From: Anaeramoeba ignava BMAN | Taxonomy: Eukaryota > Protista > Anaeramoebae | Length of the DNA: 64,000 bases | NCBI GenBank assembly: GCA_028826165.1 | Contig: JAPDFW010000147.1 | Span: 186,001 to 250,000, forward strand | Direction: 5' to 3' | Part shown: in pieces, positions 11,131 to 24,035 of the stretch | How positions within the stretch are numbered: the stretch's first letter is position 1 | Layout of the letters: the number at the start of each line of letters is the position of its first letter | Position numbers and translations under genes: made by a program | The notes under the pieces: model-generated | Seen by the model: only the letters and a program-made list of their open reading frames with translations | Told to the model about the DNA's origin: nothing | Databases searched by the model: none

Positions 11131-12891
11131 TTAATTTTGATTATTAAATTTGTTAATTAATAAATCAAATAAATTTGGATTTGTTTGATTTAATTGAAAA
11201 TAATCAATTCCAATTTCTAATTCATTAATTATTTCTTTTGTAATTTGAATTTCATCTTTAATTTGATTTGAATAAATCCAATATTCAAATATTTGAAATG
11301 ATTTATTACTTAATTCACTATAATCTGTAACTTTATTAGAATTATCTTCTGTTACAGATAAAAACATTCCTCGATATAATTCACTTCTCATTATTAATAT
11401 TAATTTAGGAAATTTATATTGTTTTTCTTTTCTTTCAATTATAAAATCTTTTTCATTTTCATTTAAATAAATTCTTTTCATTGTTTCTTCAATTTTTTCA
11501 TTTGAATTTATAATTTCTTTAATTTCTGAATATAATTTTGGATTTATTTTGGAATTATTTGAATAAATCATTTCAAATATTTGATTTGATTCTTTAATTG
11601 ATTTTTTTGAAATAATTTCTTGAAGTTTTTCAATTTCATTTTGATTTTCATTTTGATTTTGATTTAATCTGTATTTCAATATTAATTTATGAGCTTCAAT
11701 TATTTCTCCATTTTTGGTTTTAAATGAAATATCACAAAATTCTTTTCTTCTAAATAATTTTATCAAATCTTCTTCAAGATTGGAAAAAGAAAAGGAGAAT
11801 AATAAATAAATGATTGCAGATCACCACAAGAAATATGATAATTGGAAATATCTTCATTAAATCTTAATTTAGGAAGTTCAATTTGAGTTGGAATTTCTTG
11901 CATTCTTATATCTCCAATTCCTAATTGACCATAATAATTATTTCCAAATCCTATTAATTTTGAATTGGAAGTTAAAATCAAAGTATGAAAACTTCCAACA
12001 GAAAAATCAATAATATAATCATCTTTTTCAATTAAAGGTAATTTAATTTCAGTAAATTCATAAGTATTTTCATCTTCTTTACCAAGTCCATTAGATTGAT
12101 AATCACCACATGAATAAAGTTTTCTTTTTAGATTTTGATTTTCAATCAATATTATTGAATGAAAATTTCCACATTGAATATCAATTATTTTGCCTTTTGG
12201 AATATTTTGGATTTGGGTTAATTTTTGAATTTTTGTTTCTTCTTTTCTTGATTCTCCTAATCCAAGTTGACTGTATTGATTTCTGCCACATCCAAATAAT
12301 TCTTGATTTGAATTTAAAAGAAAAATATGATTTGAAGTATTTCCTGAAAATATTTTAGAAACATTTTTCATCATTAAAATTGGTTTTTCTGTTTCTTCAA
12401 GTGTTTCAAAATCAAAACCAAGTTGACTAAAAATTTGAACCAATTCCATAAGCATTTTGATTTGAGGTTAATAAATAAATTGCAAAATATCCAGAAACAA
12501 TATCTTCAATTATTCTATCGTTTGTATCTTCAATTAATGATGAAATATTGATAAATTGATTTGGATTTTCTGAATTAATATCAATTCCTTTGGCAAATAC
12601 ATTTCCTTCTATTGTTAAAATAGCTTCATTATGAGAACCAACAGTTACTTTTTGAATATTTTTAATTTGTATTTTTTCAAGATTTTGTTTTGAATTTTTT
12701 AAATATTCTATTGCTTTTCCATTTTCAAAAAGGAAAATTGTTGAAAATCTTCCTGATGAAATTTGTTTAATTTGTTTTTCATTTTCATTTTCATTTTCAA
12801 ATTTAAATTGAATTGGTTTTTTTATTTCATTTGGTTTATTTTTGATAAGTTTTGTGTATTCATTTGAACCAAAAAATATAATTCCATTCAT
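11131..12891 (-). CDS. RCC1-repeat + tandem BTB protein, copy 4 (frameshifts near 12430 and 11790)
   Basis: ORF pieces 12427-12891, 11763-12455 and 11131-11766 are colinear with copies 1-3. Confidence 0.8.
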
Positions 12892-12964
12892 TTTGTTTTT
12901 ATTTATTTATTAATTTTTTAAATTTTGAAAAGAAAAAAAATGAAAAAAAAAAATTTTTGGAATT

Positions 12965-14743
12965 TTAAATGAAATAAGTTTCAAGTTCATCAACAACCCA
13001 AGATTTAGGAGAACCAGCCAAATAAGTATAAGCTTCATTTGTTTCTTCTTTAATTCCATTAGGCAGATTATAACTAGAACCAAAATTTGAATGACCAGAA
13101 TTTAAATTAATATTTAAATGAAAATCTGGCCAATTTCCAAAACCTCCTTCTCCAAACGATGGACCTTCAGTTTCATCATATCCAATAGCATTTTGTTGTT
13201 GATCTTGTCTAATTGAGAACTTTTCAGGTTTTCGGTTATTTTTATCATTTCTTAGTGAAAAAATAAATGAATTTGGATCAATAATATATCCATTTGCAAA
13301 ATTTCGATCTTCTTTTTTCCATTTTGATTTATCATTTGTAAATCCAACTTGAGTAAATCCTCCAAAAATAAAATTTTGTTTTGTTTTGATAATAACTAAT
13401 GTTTTTCCTTGATTATCACATTTATCATGCCATTTTTGACAAGAAAATCCATCTCTTTTTGCTGAAAATCCCTTTTTCATTTTGGAAAAGAAATCATTAT
13501 CGTTTATCCATTCTTGCAATTTCTTAGCATGTTCAATATCTTTGATAATTTCTGAATCTTTTAAACTATTGATCAAATCATTTTCATGTTTGTTTTCAAT
13601 CTCTTCCTTTTTTTGTAGATTTATTTGTATTGCGGATTGTTTGTTTTCCAATTTTAATTTCATATTTTCGTTCGTTTTCTCAATTATTTCTTGATCCCTT
13701 TTCTCAATTTCTGATTTCAAATTTTCGTTTTCTTTTTCTGTCATTCCAATTTTTGTTTCTTTCTCTTTAATTTCCTTTTTCATTTGTTCGTTTTCTTTGT
13801 CTTTCTTATCAAGTTCCTTTTTCCATTTATCTTCAATTTCTGTTTTCAAATTTTCGTTTTCTTTTTTCATTTGTCGATTTTCTTTTTGTTTCACAATAAT
13901 TTGGTTATTCAAAACAACAACTTGTTTTTTTTTGATTTCCAATAAAGGTTTTTCAAGATTAACTAAAAAAGAATTTGGAAGAAAAATCTCAAATTGTTTT
14001 AATTTATCAAAATCTTGTTTTGAAATTGAGTCTTTTTCAAATAATGAAAAAAAAGAATGAAATAATCTTTTCTTTTCAAATTTCTTTTCGTTTTCTTTCT
14101 TTCCTTTTAATGATTTATTTCTTTTTTTAATCCATTGATTTAAAAATTGAAAAAAATCAAAATGAAAAATTTCTTTCTTTTCTTGTTTAAATCGAATAAA
14201 TTTGATAATTTCATCTTGAGTTAAATTGAATAAATTCCCATTATTCTTAATTTGGGAAAAATTTTGATTTATTAATTCAAAACATTTCATTTCCATTTCA
14301 TTTGAATTAATACTTCGATTTTGGAAAAAAAATTGGAAAAAATTTGAATTATTAACTGAATCTGAAATTTTTTTTTGAATAATTTTTTCCAATAAACCTA
14401 ATTTAAAATAAATTGAAATTTCTAATAATTCGAAAAGATTTTCTTGATTCTCAAAAGAAATATTTCCATGATAAATATAACTCAAAATTGATTCCATTTC
14501 TTTTTTATTAAATTGATTTAAAGAAATTTTATCAATATCATTTTCTTCTCTTAAAAACTCATTAAAAAAAGGAGATCTTGAAGATAAAATTGATTTATGA
14601 ACTTTAATTTCAAAAGGATTTGGTTCATTCTCAACAAAAATTGAAAAATCATTAAATGAATTTCCTTTTAAAAGGTTTGAATAATCTTGAATTAAATTTT
14701 TTGTTACCTTTTTTTCTAAATTTTTTTGTAAATTAATTTGCAT
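12965..14743 (-). CDS. BTB - coiled-coil - TLDc protein
   Basis: Likely ATG at 14743 (MQINLQK). BTB motif NDFSIFV..IKVHKSILSSRSPFF, an E/K-rich coiled coil, and a TLDc very similar to that of the 3199-4632 gene (WINDNDFFSKMKKGFSAKRDGFS..FGGFTQVG). Confidence 0.88.
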   Translation of the reverse strand: MQINLQKNLEKKVTKNLIQDYSNLLKGNSFNDFSIFVENEPNPFEIKVHKSILSSRSPFFNEFLREENDIDKISLNQFNKKEMESILSYIYHGNISFENQENLFELLEISIYFKLGLLEKIIQKKISDSVNNSNFFQFFFQNRSINSNEMEMKCFELINQNFSQIKNNGNLFNLTQDEIIKFIRFKQEKKEIFHFDFFQFLNQWIKKRNKSLKGKKENEKKFEKKRLFHSFFSLFEKDSISKQDFDKLKQFEIFLPNSFLVNLEKPLLEIKKKQVVVLNNQIIVKQKENRQMKKENENLKTEIEDKWKKELDKKDKENEQMKKEIKEKETKIGMTEKENENLKSEIEKRDQEIIEKTNENMKLKLENKQSAIQINLQKKEEIENKHENDLINSLKDSEIIKDIEHAKKLQEWINDNDFFSKMKKGFSAKRDGFSCQKWHDKCDNQGKTLVIIKTKQNFIFGGFTQVGFTNDKSKWKKEDRNFANGYIIDPNSFIFSLRNDKNNRKPEKFSIRQDQQQNAIGYDETEGPSFGEGGFGNWPDFHLNINLNSGHSNFGSSYNLPNGIKEETNEAYTYLAGSPKSWVVDELETYFI

Positions 14744-14838
14744 TTTTAATTTGTGTAAAAAAAAAAAAAAAGGAAAAAAATGAAAATAAATTTTCTTTTT
14801 TGAAAACAAAAATTTATTTTTTAAAGAAAAATTAATAA

Positions 14839-16388
14839 TTAACGAATTGAATCCTCTTTTAAATCAAGTAAACTTGTTGCTAAAAACGATTTTTCTAAAA
14901 TTAAAAATAAAAATAAAGCGGAATTTTTGGAAAATTAAATTTTGTTTGTTTGTTTTTAAGAATAATAAACTTACTTCTTGGGAAAAGTTTCCAAAACTTA
15001 ATCTTTTCATCACCTGCACCAGTTACAATATCTTCACCATCAGGAGAAACGGAAAGATACAAAACACGAGAAGAATGGCCAATAAAGCAAGCAATTTTGT
15101 TGAAATCAGGATATTCCCAAACCATGATTTGATTCTGAGAGAAACCATGAGTGCTAACAATTTCGTTAGTATTTTTTGACCAGTATAAATTACAAATTTG
15201 GGATCCAGTATCGATTGAAGAAACAATTTTTCCCGAATCAACGTTCCAAATTTTCAGAGTACGATCGATAGTGCCTCCGCCAGAAGCAAGAAGAGAATAA
15301 GAATGCGGAGACCAAGAAAGAGCTTTAATGGCAGCTTTATGTTCTGTGAAATGATGCATTGGCGCTGACACCTTGCGGATGTCCCAAATACACACTGTGT
15401 TATCATTACTTCCTGATGCCAAATGATGGCCGTTATAAGACCATTTTAAACTGCATATTTCTTGGGAATGTCCTGATAAAACAGCCGCAGAATCGCGTGT
15501 TCTCACGTCCCTAACAATGATATTTTGATCCCGACTTCCCGAACAAAGTAGATTCACATTCCAAGCAACGCATCCAACGCGCGCTTGATGATCTTCAAAT
15601 GTTCGGATCAATTTTTGATTTTCCACATCCCAAAGATGAAGAAACCCGTTTTTGGTTCCTATTGCTATATGCGTTCCCCTTTGGATCCAACTGACAGTGG
15701 AAATTTTGTCATCTGATCCAAGTTCGCAAATTCTTGTCACGCTCCCAGTTTTAACATTCAGTAAAAATACATATTTCGATATTCCAACTGCTATTAAATT
15801 TGTATTGCTCCAATCAACCAAATTCAAATAAAAATCATCTTCTAATGATGGAGCATCCAATATTTTAAACGGAAAAGGTGAAATTTTTCTTGTCTTTTTT
15901 TTTTGATTTGAATTCAATAATTTCTCAGATCTTTTTGTGATCGGAGAAAGTGAGAATTGATCGTAGTTTTGATCTTCGTTTGTTGTTGATTGGAATTTTA
16001 GGATTGAAAGTTCCTTGTTATTTTTTCCTCCAAGAACTTCGTTATTTAATAATTCTGAATATAAATTAATTTTCTTCTTATTTTTTAGATTTTCGTTTGA
16101 ATTGAAATTTTTATCCTTTTTTTTGCTTTTGGGTTTTTTGGTTATTTTTTTTGGTTTTGATTCGAAAATTGGAAGTGGATTTTGTTTTTCAATCAAATTA
16201 TTATAAATAGATTCTCTTTGAGGAATAAATCTATCAAGAAAAATTGGTGAATTTAAATTTGAATTTAAATTTGATTTTGAATTTGAATTTGATTTTGATT
16301 TTGATTTTGATTTTGGAGAATGAAAAATTTCTAAAGATTTTTGAGGAGTATTAAAAGATTTTCTTTTTTTATGAGGAGAATTTAACAT
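14839..16388 (-). CDS. FZR1: APC/C coactivator Cdh1/Fizzy-related (Cdc20 family), ~489 aa, 2 exons
   Basis: C-box DRFIP, KILDAPSLEDDFYLNLVDWS and WD40 repeats. Removing intron 14974-14895 (GTAAGT...TAG) gives the C-terminus KKSFLATSLLDLKEDSIR*, the canonical IR tail. Cdh1 versus Cdc20 is assigned by motif resemblance only. Confidence 0.88.
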
Positions 16389-16592
16389 TTTAAAAAGAAA
16401 AAAAAAAAAGAGGAAAAGAAAATGAAAAAAATTTTTTTATTTTAATTAATTTTTTTATTTATTTTTTTAACGTTTTTTTTTTCTTCTTTTTATTTTTTTT
16501 TCTCCTTTTATTTTTTTAATTACTTTTTTTTCTCTTTTTTTTTAGAAAAACAATTTATCATTTTTTTTTTTCTTCTTTTTTCTTTTTAAAAA

Positions 16593-17492
16593 ATGTCAAA
16601 TCCAAATGAACATCAAGATATCAATCCACAAACCCTTAAATTTAATAAAGTCCTTGGTCAAAAACTTCAGTTTGATATTGCTAAATTAAAACTATGGGAT
16701 ATGAAGTTAAAACGACAAGAAAAACAAATTCAAGAAACGGAACAAAAATTGAAATTAATGGAAAATAAACTTAAAGGACATATTCCTATTGAAGAGATAT
16801 TACCCCAAACTCCCTCAGAAAAACAAACACATAATATCCCAAATGCAACAAATCCTTTACCAAATAACCAACTATCTCCCTCTCAAAACAATATAATCGA
16901 ACAAAATACAAACCAAATTGATCCAAATGAAAATTCACAAAAAAATCAAAATCTGGATCAGTTAACCCAATCTCAGCAAACAGAAAAAGAAACAAAAAGA
17001 CATTATAAAAAGAAGCCAAAGCGCAAAACAAGACAAAACAGTTCGAAAAAAAGGAAAAAAGAGGAGCAAAAAAAAAACGGAAAGAAAAAACGAAAACAAA
17101 AACTAAAAAAAATTCCAACAAAAAATAAAAACGAAGAAAATCTTCAATATTCAACTGAAATGAATGAACGAATAGATCAAGAGTGTTCTGAGTTTATTTC
17201 TAAGAAATTTAAAGAAGAAGATCGAGAAGCAATTCGACCTTTAAATTGGAAAGAAGCAATCCAATTGACGGAAGAAGAAAAAGAACATCGAAGAGTTATG
17301 AAAAGTAGATTAAACGCAAAAAAAGCACGTGCGAAAAAAAAGGAGATCATTAATGAATTGGAAACTGAGGTTATTGCCCTTCGTTCAGAAAATAAAATGT
17401 TGGAATTAAATTTATTAAGATTAAAAACAAATAACAAAAGATTAAAAAAACAATTAAATTCTGTTAAAGGAAATGAAAATAATCAAGATTAA
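16593..17492 (+). CDS. bZIP transcription factor-like protein
   Basis: C-terminal basic region RRVMKSRLNAKKARAKKK followed by a leucine heptad (LETEVIALRSENKMLELNLLRLKTNNKRL). Confidence 0.75.
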   Translation: MSNPNEHQDINPQTLKFNKVLGQKLQFDIAKLKLWDMKLKRQEKQIQETEQKLKLMENKLKGHIPIEEILPQTPSEKQTHNIPNATNPLPNNQLSPSQNNIIEQNTNQIDPNENSQKNQNLDQLTQSQQTEKETKRHYKKKPKRKTRQNSSKKRKKEEQKKNGKKKRKQKLKKIPTKNKNEENLQYSTEMNERIDQECSEFISKKFKEEDREAIRPLNWKEAIQLTEEEKEHRRVMKSRLNAKKARAKKKEIINELETEVIALRSENKMLELNLLRLKTNNKRLKKQLNSVKGNENNQD

Positions 17493-17558
17493 AATTTTCA
17501 TTTTTCATTTTTTTCATTTTTTCTCTTTTTTAAAAAATTTATTTTGTTATTGAAATAA

Positions 17559-20500
17559 ATGAATTGGTTTGAAATAAGTAAATCAATTTATAAAAAAATT
17601 TTTTTTTTACTTTTCAATTAAAAAAATTTAATTTAAAAAAATAGAACATCAAAAAATAGAAATTATAGTTGATTTTGATTCTAATTCTCTTTTTGGAAAA
17701 ACAACCTTTATTTTATTTCCTCAAAAAACAAATTCTTTTCAAAATCATTTATCTTTTTATTTTCCTCAAGGAAAAATCTCTAATATTTCAATTAATAATA
17801 ATCAAGTTCCTTTTCAATTTTATTCATATCTTAAAACTCCAATTTTGGAACATAAATTACCTCAAAAACCTTTAATTTTTTTGGAAAATTTTCTTTCAAA
17901 AAAAAACCAAAAATCTAATTTAATTCTTGATTTAAAAAATTTTCCTTTTCTTCAAATTCAACAAGAATTTTCAGTTACTATTGAATATTCAATTGAAAAT
18001 CCTGAAACAGGAATAAATTTTCTTCATTATAATAACAGAAAATGTATCAAAAGAAGAAATCATTTAAAATTAAAATTTCCAACTCAAAAACTTTAAAAAT
18101 ATTTTTAAAAATATTTATAAAAAAAAAAGTCGTATTTACTCATAATGATGGAAACAAAAACAACTTTTGGTTCCCCATTTTTGAGGCAGAAATGTCTTTT
18201 ACTTGCTTTGATATTTTAATTTCTGTGTTGGAACCTGATTTGTTTGTCATTTCCAATGGAGAATTTATCAGCAAAAATCAAGAAGGAAATCAATTTACAT
18301 CACATTTTCAACTAAAAATTGATTCAAAGCCTGAATCACTTGGCTTTGTTATTGGAGAATTTGAAACCTTAATTCTTCCAATTCAATCCAATTCTGCTCA
18401 AATTTTTCCCAACAATAACATCAATAATCAAAAAAATATTGAAATTGAAAAAAATAATCAAGAATCAAAAGAAGAATTGGAAATCAATGAAAAAATGGAA
18501 GAGGAAATAAAAACTCAATCAATTTGTATTTATTATATCCCAAATTTGCTTTCTGAACAAGAAATCAAACAATATACATCTTCTTTTACTCAAGTATAAA
18601 AACAAAAAAAAATATTCAAAAAAAAAAAATCAATTTAGAAATTAAAATAAAAAATTTCAATTAGATATTCATATTTGTTCAATCAACAACAACACAATAC
18701 ATGTTCTCTAATTTCTCAATTATTTTCCTTCCCAAATTGCTGCAATCTCCTCTTTGTTTTCCTTCTTTTGCAATTTTGGATCATCTTTCTTTAATTTCAT
18801 ATCCACTTAATCCTTTAAAATTGAAAATTGAATTTGCAAAAGTTTGTTCATTTCAATATTTTAGAAATTTTTTGTTTGTTCAGAATGAATTTGATAGTTG
18901 GTTTTTAATTGGGATTTCTGGATATTTTGCGAATATTTATGTTGATAGACATTTGAATTCACAAGAATATATTTTCAGAATTATTCAAGTAAAAAAAAAA
19001 TTTGAATTGAATTTGAAATTTAAAATTTGAAATTTAAAAAATATTTATATTCATTTTTATTTGATGAAGGAAAACGAATTTCTTTGTAATGAAATGCTCA
19101 GAATTCCCAAAATTGAAAAATCTTTAATTGCAATTGATCCATTAACCGGAAGAATATATCAAAATGAATTTCTGACTTCCAAAGCAGAATTGATTTTTTA
19201 TCTTTTAGAAAAGGAAATTGGAAGAGAAAATTTATTGAACATCATTTCCAAGTTATTTGAAGTGGAAAAATTATCAGACAGAATAATTAATATCGATGAA
19301 TTTTTTGACGAATGCCAAAAATTCACAAAATCAAGCATGTTAATGTTTAAAAAGCAATGGATCACTTGGGATTCTCTTCCAAAATTCCAATGTAGTTTGG
19401 AAGTGAAAAAAAACGATTTGGAACTTTTAATTAAACAACATGTAGTAAATGAAAATCAGCATATATTTCAGGTTAGGAATCAAAAATTAGAAAAGAATTT
19501 AAATTTGGATTTAAATTAAATTTTTAAATTTTAAAAGGGAATTCTCAAATTAAGAATTTATTATCAAAATGGAAGTAATGATTTTACAGCAAATATTTCC
19601 CAACCAATTCACGCTTTCAAATTGAATCTTGATCGTTTAGCACATTTAACAGATTCTTATACAGAATCTAAATTACCCCAAATTTCTTCCTCTCCTTTAT
19701 TTTTGGTTGTTGATCCTGATCATGATTGGATTGGCAAATTTATAACAAAACAAAATATTGATCCCTTAGAATATCCTTTTGATTCCAAAATGGATATTCG
19801 AGTTTTATATAAAATCATACATTTTTTGTCAAGATCTTACGGAAGACAAATTCAAACAATTAATTTTCTTATTAGTTTATTTCAAGACAATTCCTTATTC
19901 TTTAAAATTCGAGCTGAAGTTGCTTCTTGTTTAGGAAAAGTACATTTGAATTTATTCAAAACAATTTTTTTTTTTTTTGGATGAAAATAATATTTATTAT
20001 CAAATTTTTTTTTTCTCAAGTATTCAAGCGCAAAAACTGATTGGAAAGGATTAGATTTTGTGATTAATTATTATAAAAATAATTTCCCAGTTTTAAATTT
20101 AAAAGAAAATCCCGATTATCAATATTATTATTTAAGAGATACAATTATGGAAGTTTTGAGTATTATTAAGGATTCAGAAAGAAATACTCCATCAGATATC
20201 TATCATTTATTTCTTGAAATTTTAGATTCACCAATTGATTATGGAAATGATGTAAAAGAAAAAAGCAAAACAAAATTAGATCAAAAACAAAATGACAGGA
20301 TTTTTTTCTCTATTTTTATTTTTAGTTTGTTAATGATTCCTTTAAAACTAATATTGTAACAGCATTGGGAAACACAAACCCTATTCAATTGGAATTCATC
20401 TCATTAATTTTCAACAAAATTAGATCCTTAATGGAAAATGATCTTAGAAAACCATCTTATGAATACATGATTTCGCAGACATGTTTCAGGACTCTATCAA

Positions 20501-21750
20501 GATTCAGCGCAAGAGTGACTTTGGATCCAACAATATTTCATCAATTCTCACAAAATACATCAAAACCAGAAATAAGAATATCTGCAATAACTTCTTATTT
20601 GGTTGCAACGCCACATGAAGAAGTATCAGATTTACTCAAAAAAATACTGGAAAATGTGATTGAAAATCCTGAAAAAGAAGAACCGTTTTTTTACGAAAAA
20701 TTGTTTTCAATTTTGCTCAATGAAACCCTTCCAAATATCGGAAGACAGTTTTTTCAAGCAAATAACCCCTCAAATATCAATTCGGTTTCGTTGATTTGGA
20801 ATTTATTGAATCAAAAATGCAATATCAATATTTATTTGTACTCAATTGTTTATCGTCTCTATTCTTGGATTTGGAATGAGAATTTTGTTTTTCGAAGACA
20901 AGGATTGAAATCAAATACTGCCTTAAAAAGAAAGAAAAATAAGCACAAGAATGAAAGTAACGAGATTGAAAATGGAAATGAAATATTCGATCAATTTGAA
21001 AAGGAAAAAAGTCAAGAAAATATTTCAAAATCTCGAAAAACAAAACCGTTTTCAACTTCGAAAAAGCCAAAAACAAGCAGTGCGAAAAGCAAAACAAAAA
21101 CAAAATCAGTTATCAAACCATCAAGAAATTCCTATCAAGAAACAAGAAGTCAAAAACGAACAAGAAAAAAAATATTTACAAATTCACCAATAATTCAAAA
21201 TTTATCAACAAGTAAAAAATCTCCAATTAAGCAAGAAGAAAATCCAAATTTGGAAGTGAAAGTATTTTCAGAAGATGAAACTTATTCATCAGAAGAAAGA
21301 AAAGAAAAAAATAATAAAAATAAAAATAAAAATAAAAACAAAAATAAAAGTAAAAGTAAAAGTAAAAGTAAAAGTAAAAGTAAAAACAAAAGTAAAAACA
21401 AAAGTAAAAGCAAAAACAAAAACAAAAAAGATATTGAAGTTGAGATTGAAGTTGAAAATGATACTAATGAGAGTGATAGTGATAATGATAGTGATAGCGA
21501 TTTTGATGATGATTATAATGATGATGATTATGATGATAATGGAAGTGATATTGATATTTTTTCAAATAAAAGAAATGAAATGAAATCAAATTTAAAATTT
21601 GTTCTTGATCCACGACCTCTTATTAAATTTAAATTGGATACTACACCTTTATTAGCAAATAAGGATAGAGAACATTTTATTCGTTTAGAATCTCATTCAA
21701 CAACTGATCGAGTTTGTGTTAAGAGATTTTTATATTTAAAGAATTTTTAA
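17559..21750 (+). CDS. TAF2: TFIID subunit 2 (TAF2; inactive M1-aminopeptidase fold), ~1221 aa, 8 exons
   Basis: Exons 17559-17577, 17645-18043, 18130-18593, 18665-18988, 19070-19471, 19538-19939, 20021-20251 and 20326-21750 all join in frame through GT-AG introns. Motifs FEIKHQKIEIIVDF, FWFPIF, VISNGE, WFLIGISG, FQGILKLRI, VDPDHDWI, FFKIRAEVA; K/S-rich and acidic C-tail. Confidence 0.8.
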
Positions 21751-21754
21751 CAAC

Positions 21755-22130
21755 TTTAAAAAGAAATTTAAAAGAAATTTAAAAGAATTTTAAAAGAATT
21801 TTAAAAGAAATTTAAAAGAATTTTCAAAGAAATTTATTAACAAATTTATAAACAAATTTATAAACAAATTTATAAACAAATTTATAAACAAATTTATAAA
21901 CAAATTTATAAACAAATTTATAAACAAATTTATAAACAAATTTATAAACAAATTTAACAAATTTATAAACAAATTTATAAACAAATTTATAATCAAATTT
22001 ATAATCAAATTTATAATCAAATTTATAATCAAATTTATAATCAAATTTATAATCAAATTTATAATCAAATTTATAAACAAATTTATTAACAAATTTATTA
22101 ACAAATTTATTAACAAATTTATAAAGAAAT
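21755..22130 (+). repeat. 12-bp minisatellite (AAACAAATTTAT / AATCAAATTTAT)n
   Basis: Visible directly; it gives the spurious (INLF)n ORF. Confidence 0.9.
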
Positions 22131-22271
22131 TGGAAAGAAATTGAATTTGAATTTTTTCCGATTTTTATTTTTTTTAATTTAAAAAAAAATTTTTTTTCAA
22201 TTTTTTTTTTTCATTTTTTTCACATTTCAATAAATAAATAAAAAATTAAAAAAATTAAAAAAATTAAAAAA

Positions 22272-23940
22272 ATGCAAACACCAAAAACAGTTACATTTAG
22301 AAATGCACAAGCAACAAAAGTTTTAATAGTTTTATTAACAATGACAACATTATTTTCATTGTTACTTCCAGAATTTCAAGCAAATTCAAAATTTACAGAA
22401 AAATCATTCAATGATGTTTTTTCATTTTTTCCACGTTTATTATTAAATCAATTTGTATTTGGTTCAGTTCTTGAAAATTTTTTTGGTGCTCTTTTTCTTT
22501 ATTATTGTAGAGATATTGAAAGAATGCTTGGAACTCGAAAATTTGTTGCTTTTCTTTATTCGATTCTTCTTGCTAATTTTGCTTTACAAATTATTTTCCT
22601 TTCTTTTAAATTATTCATAAATTTTACTGAAACTTTTATTGTTGGACCGTATAAAATCAATTTTAAAATCAAAATTCATTTATAAAATTAAAATTTAAAT
22701 CAAAATTCATTTATAAAATTAAAATTAAAATCAAAATTAAAATTAAAATTAAAATCAATATTGAAATTAAAATCAAAATTAAAATTAAAATTAAAAATAA
22801 AATTAAAATTAAAATTAAAATTAAAATTAAAAATTAAAAATTTAAAATTAAAATCAAAATTAAAAATTAAAAATAAAATTAAAATTAAAATTAAAATTAA
22901 AATTAAAATTAAAATTAAAATTAAAATTAAAATTAAAATTAAAATTCATTTATAAAATTAAAATTTAAATTAAAATTAAAATTAAAATTAAAATTAAAAT
23001 TAAAATTAAAATTAAAATTAAAATTAAAATTAAAATCAATTTTAAAATCAAAAATTCATTTATAAAATCAATTTTAAAATTAAAATTAAAATTAAAATTA
23101 AAATTAAAATTAAAATTAAAATTTAAAATTAAAATTAAAATTAAAATTAAAATTAAAATTAAAATTAAAATTAAAATTAAAATTAAAATTAAAATTAAAA
23201 TTAAAATTAAAATTAAAATTAAAATTAAAATTAAAATCAATATTGAAATTAAAATTAAAATTAAAATTCATTTATAAAATTAAAATTAAAATTAAAATTA
23301 ATATTGAAATTAAAATTCATTTATAAAATTAAAATTAAATTTAAAATTAATATTATAATTAAAATTCATTTATAAAATTAAAATTAAAATTCATTTATAA
23401 AATTAAAATTAAATTAGTTATGGAATACTTTTTGGATTATTCATCCAATTTGTTTTTCAAGTTCCAGGAAATACAATACTCGCAACAATATCAGGATTTC
23501 AAATAACAGATAAATGGATTCCTTATATATTATCAATGGAATTATTTTCATTTTCATTACGATATAATAAATTTTCAGCAATTTGTGGAATTTTATCAGG
23601 AATTCTTTATTTTTTCAACTTTTTTTCACTTCAAAAAACAAAAATTCCAAATTCTTTAATTGATTTCGCAAAAAAATATATTGAACCAGTATTAAATAAA
23701 TTTGAAACTCCAAAAGAAAATACAAGAGAAGAACCAACAGTTAATAGATCTTCAGCTGCTTATTTTACTCCTGATGCTTCTTTTTTTGAACAAATGAATT
23801 TCGATCCAAAATATACTTTTGGTCAAGATCAAGCTTGGGATCATCATTACATTCAAGAAGAAAATTCTAATAATACAATTCAATGGACTGAAAGAACTTC
23901 TCCTTCAGTTAATAATGAAAAAAAAGAAAAAAGAGATTAA
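22272..23940 (+). CDS. UBAC2/Dsc2-like rhomboid pseudoprotease, ~299 aa, 2 exons
   Basis: Exon 1 is 22272-22648, the intron 22649-23417, exon 2 23418-23940. Splicing gives GPYGILFG. Motifs FRNAQATK, RLLLNQFVF, YYCRDIERMLGTRKF and ITDKW..AICGILSGILY. No obvious C-terminal UBA domain. Confidence 0.75.
22655..23414 (+). repeat. (AAAATT)n microsatellite filling an intron
   Basis: Visible directly. Confidence 0.95.
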
Positions 23941-24035
23941 ATTTTTTTTGGATTATTCAAAAAAAACAAAATAAAAAGCGAAAAAATAATTTTTTGGATT
24001 TATTTTTTCATTTTTTTTTTCTCTTAAAAAGTAAA

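Noticed and set aside
17845-19030. Active M1 aminopeptidase
   Set aside because: There is no HExxH zinc motif, and the downstream motifs match TAF2.
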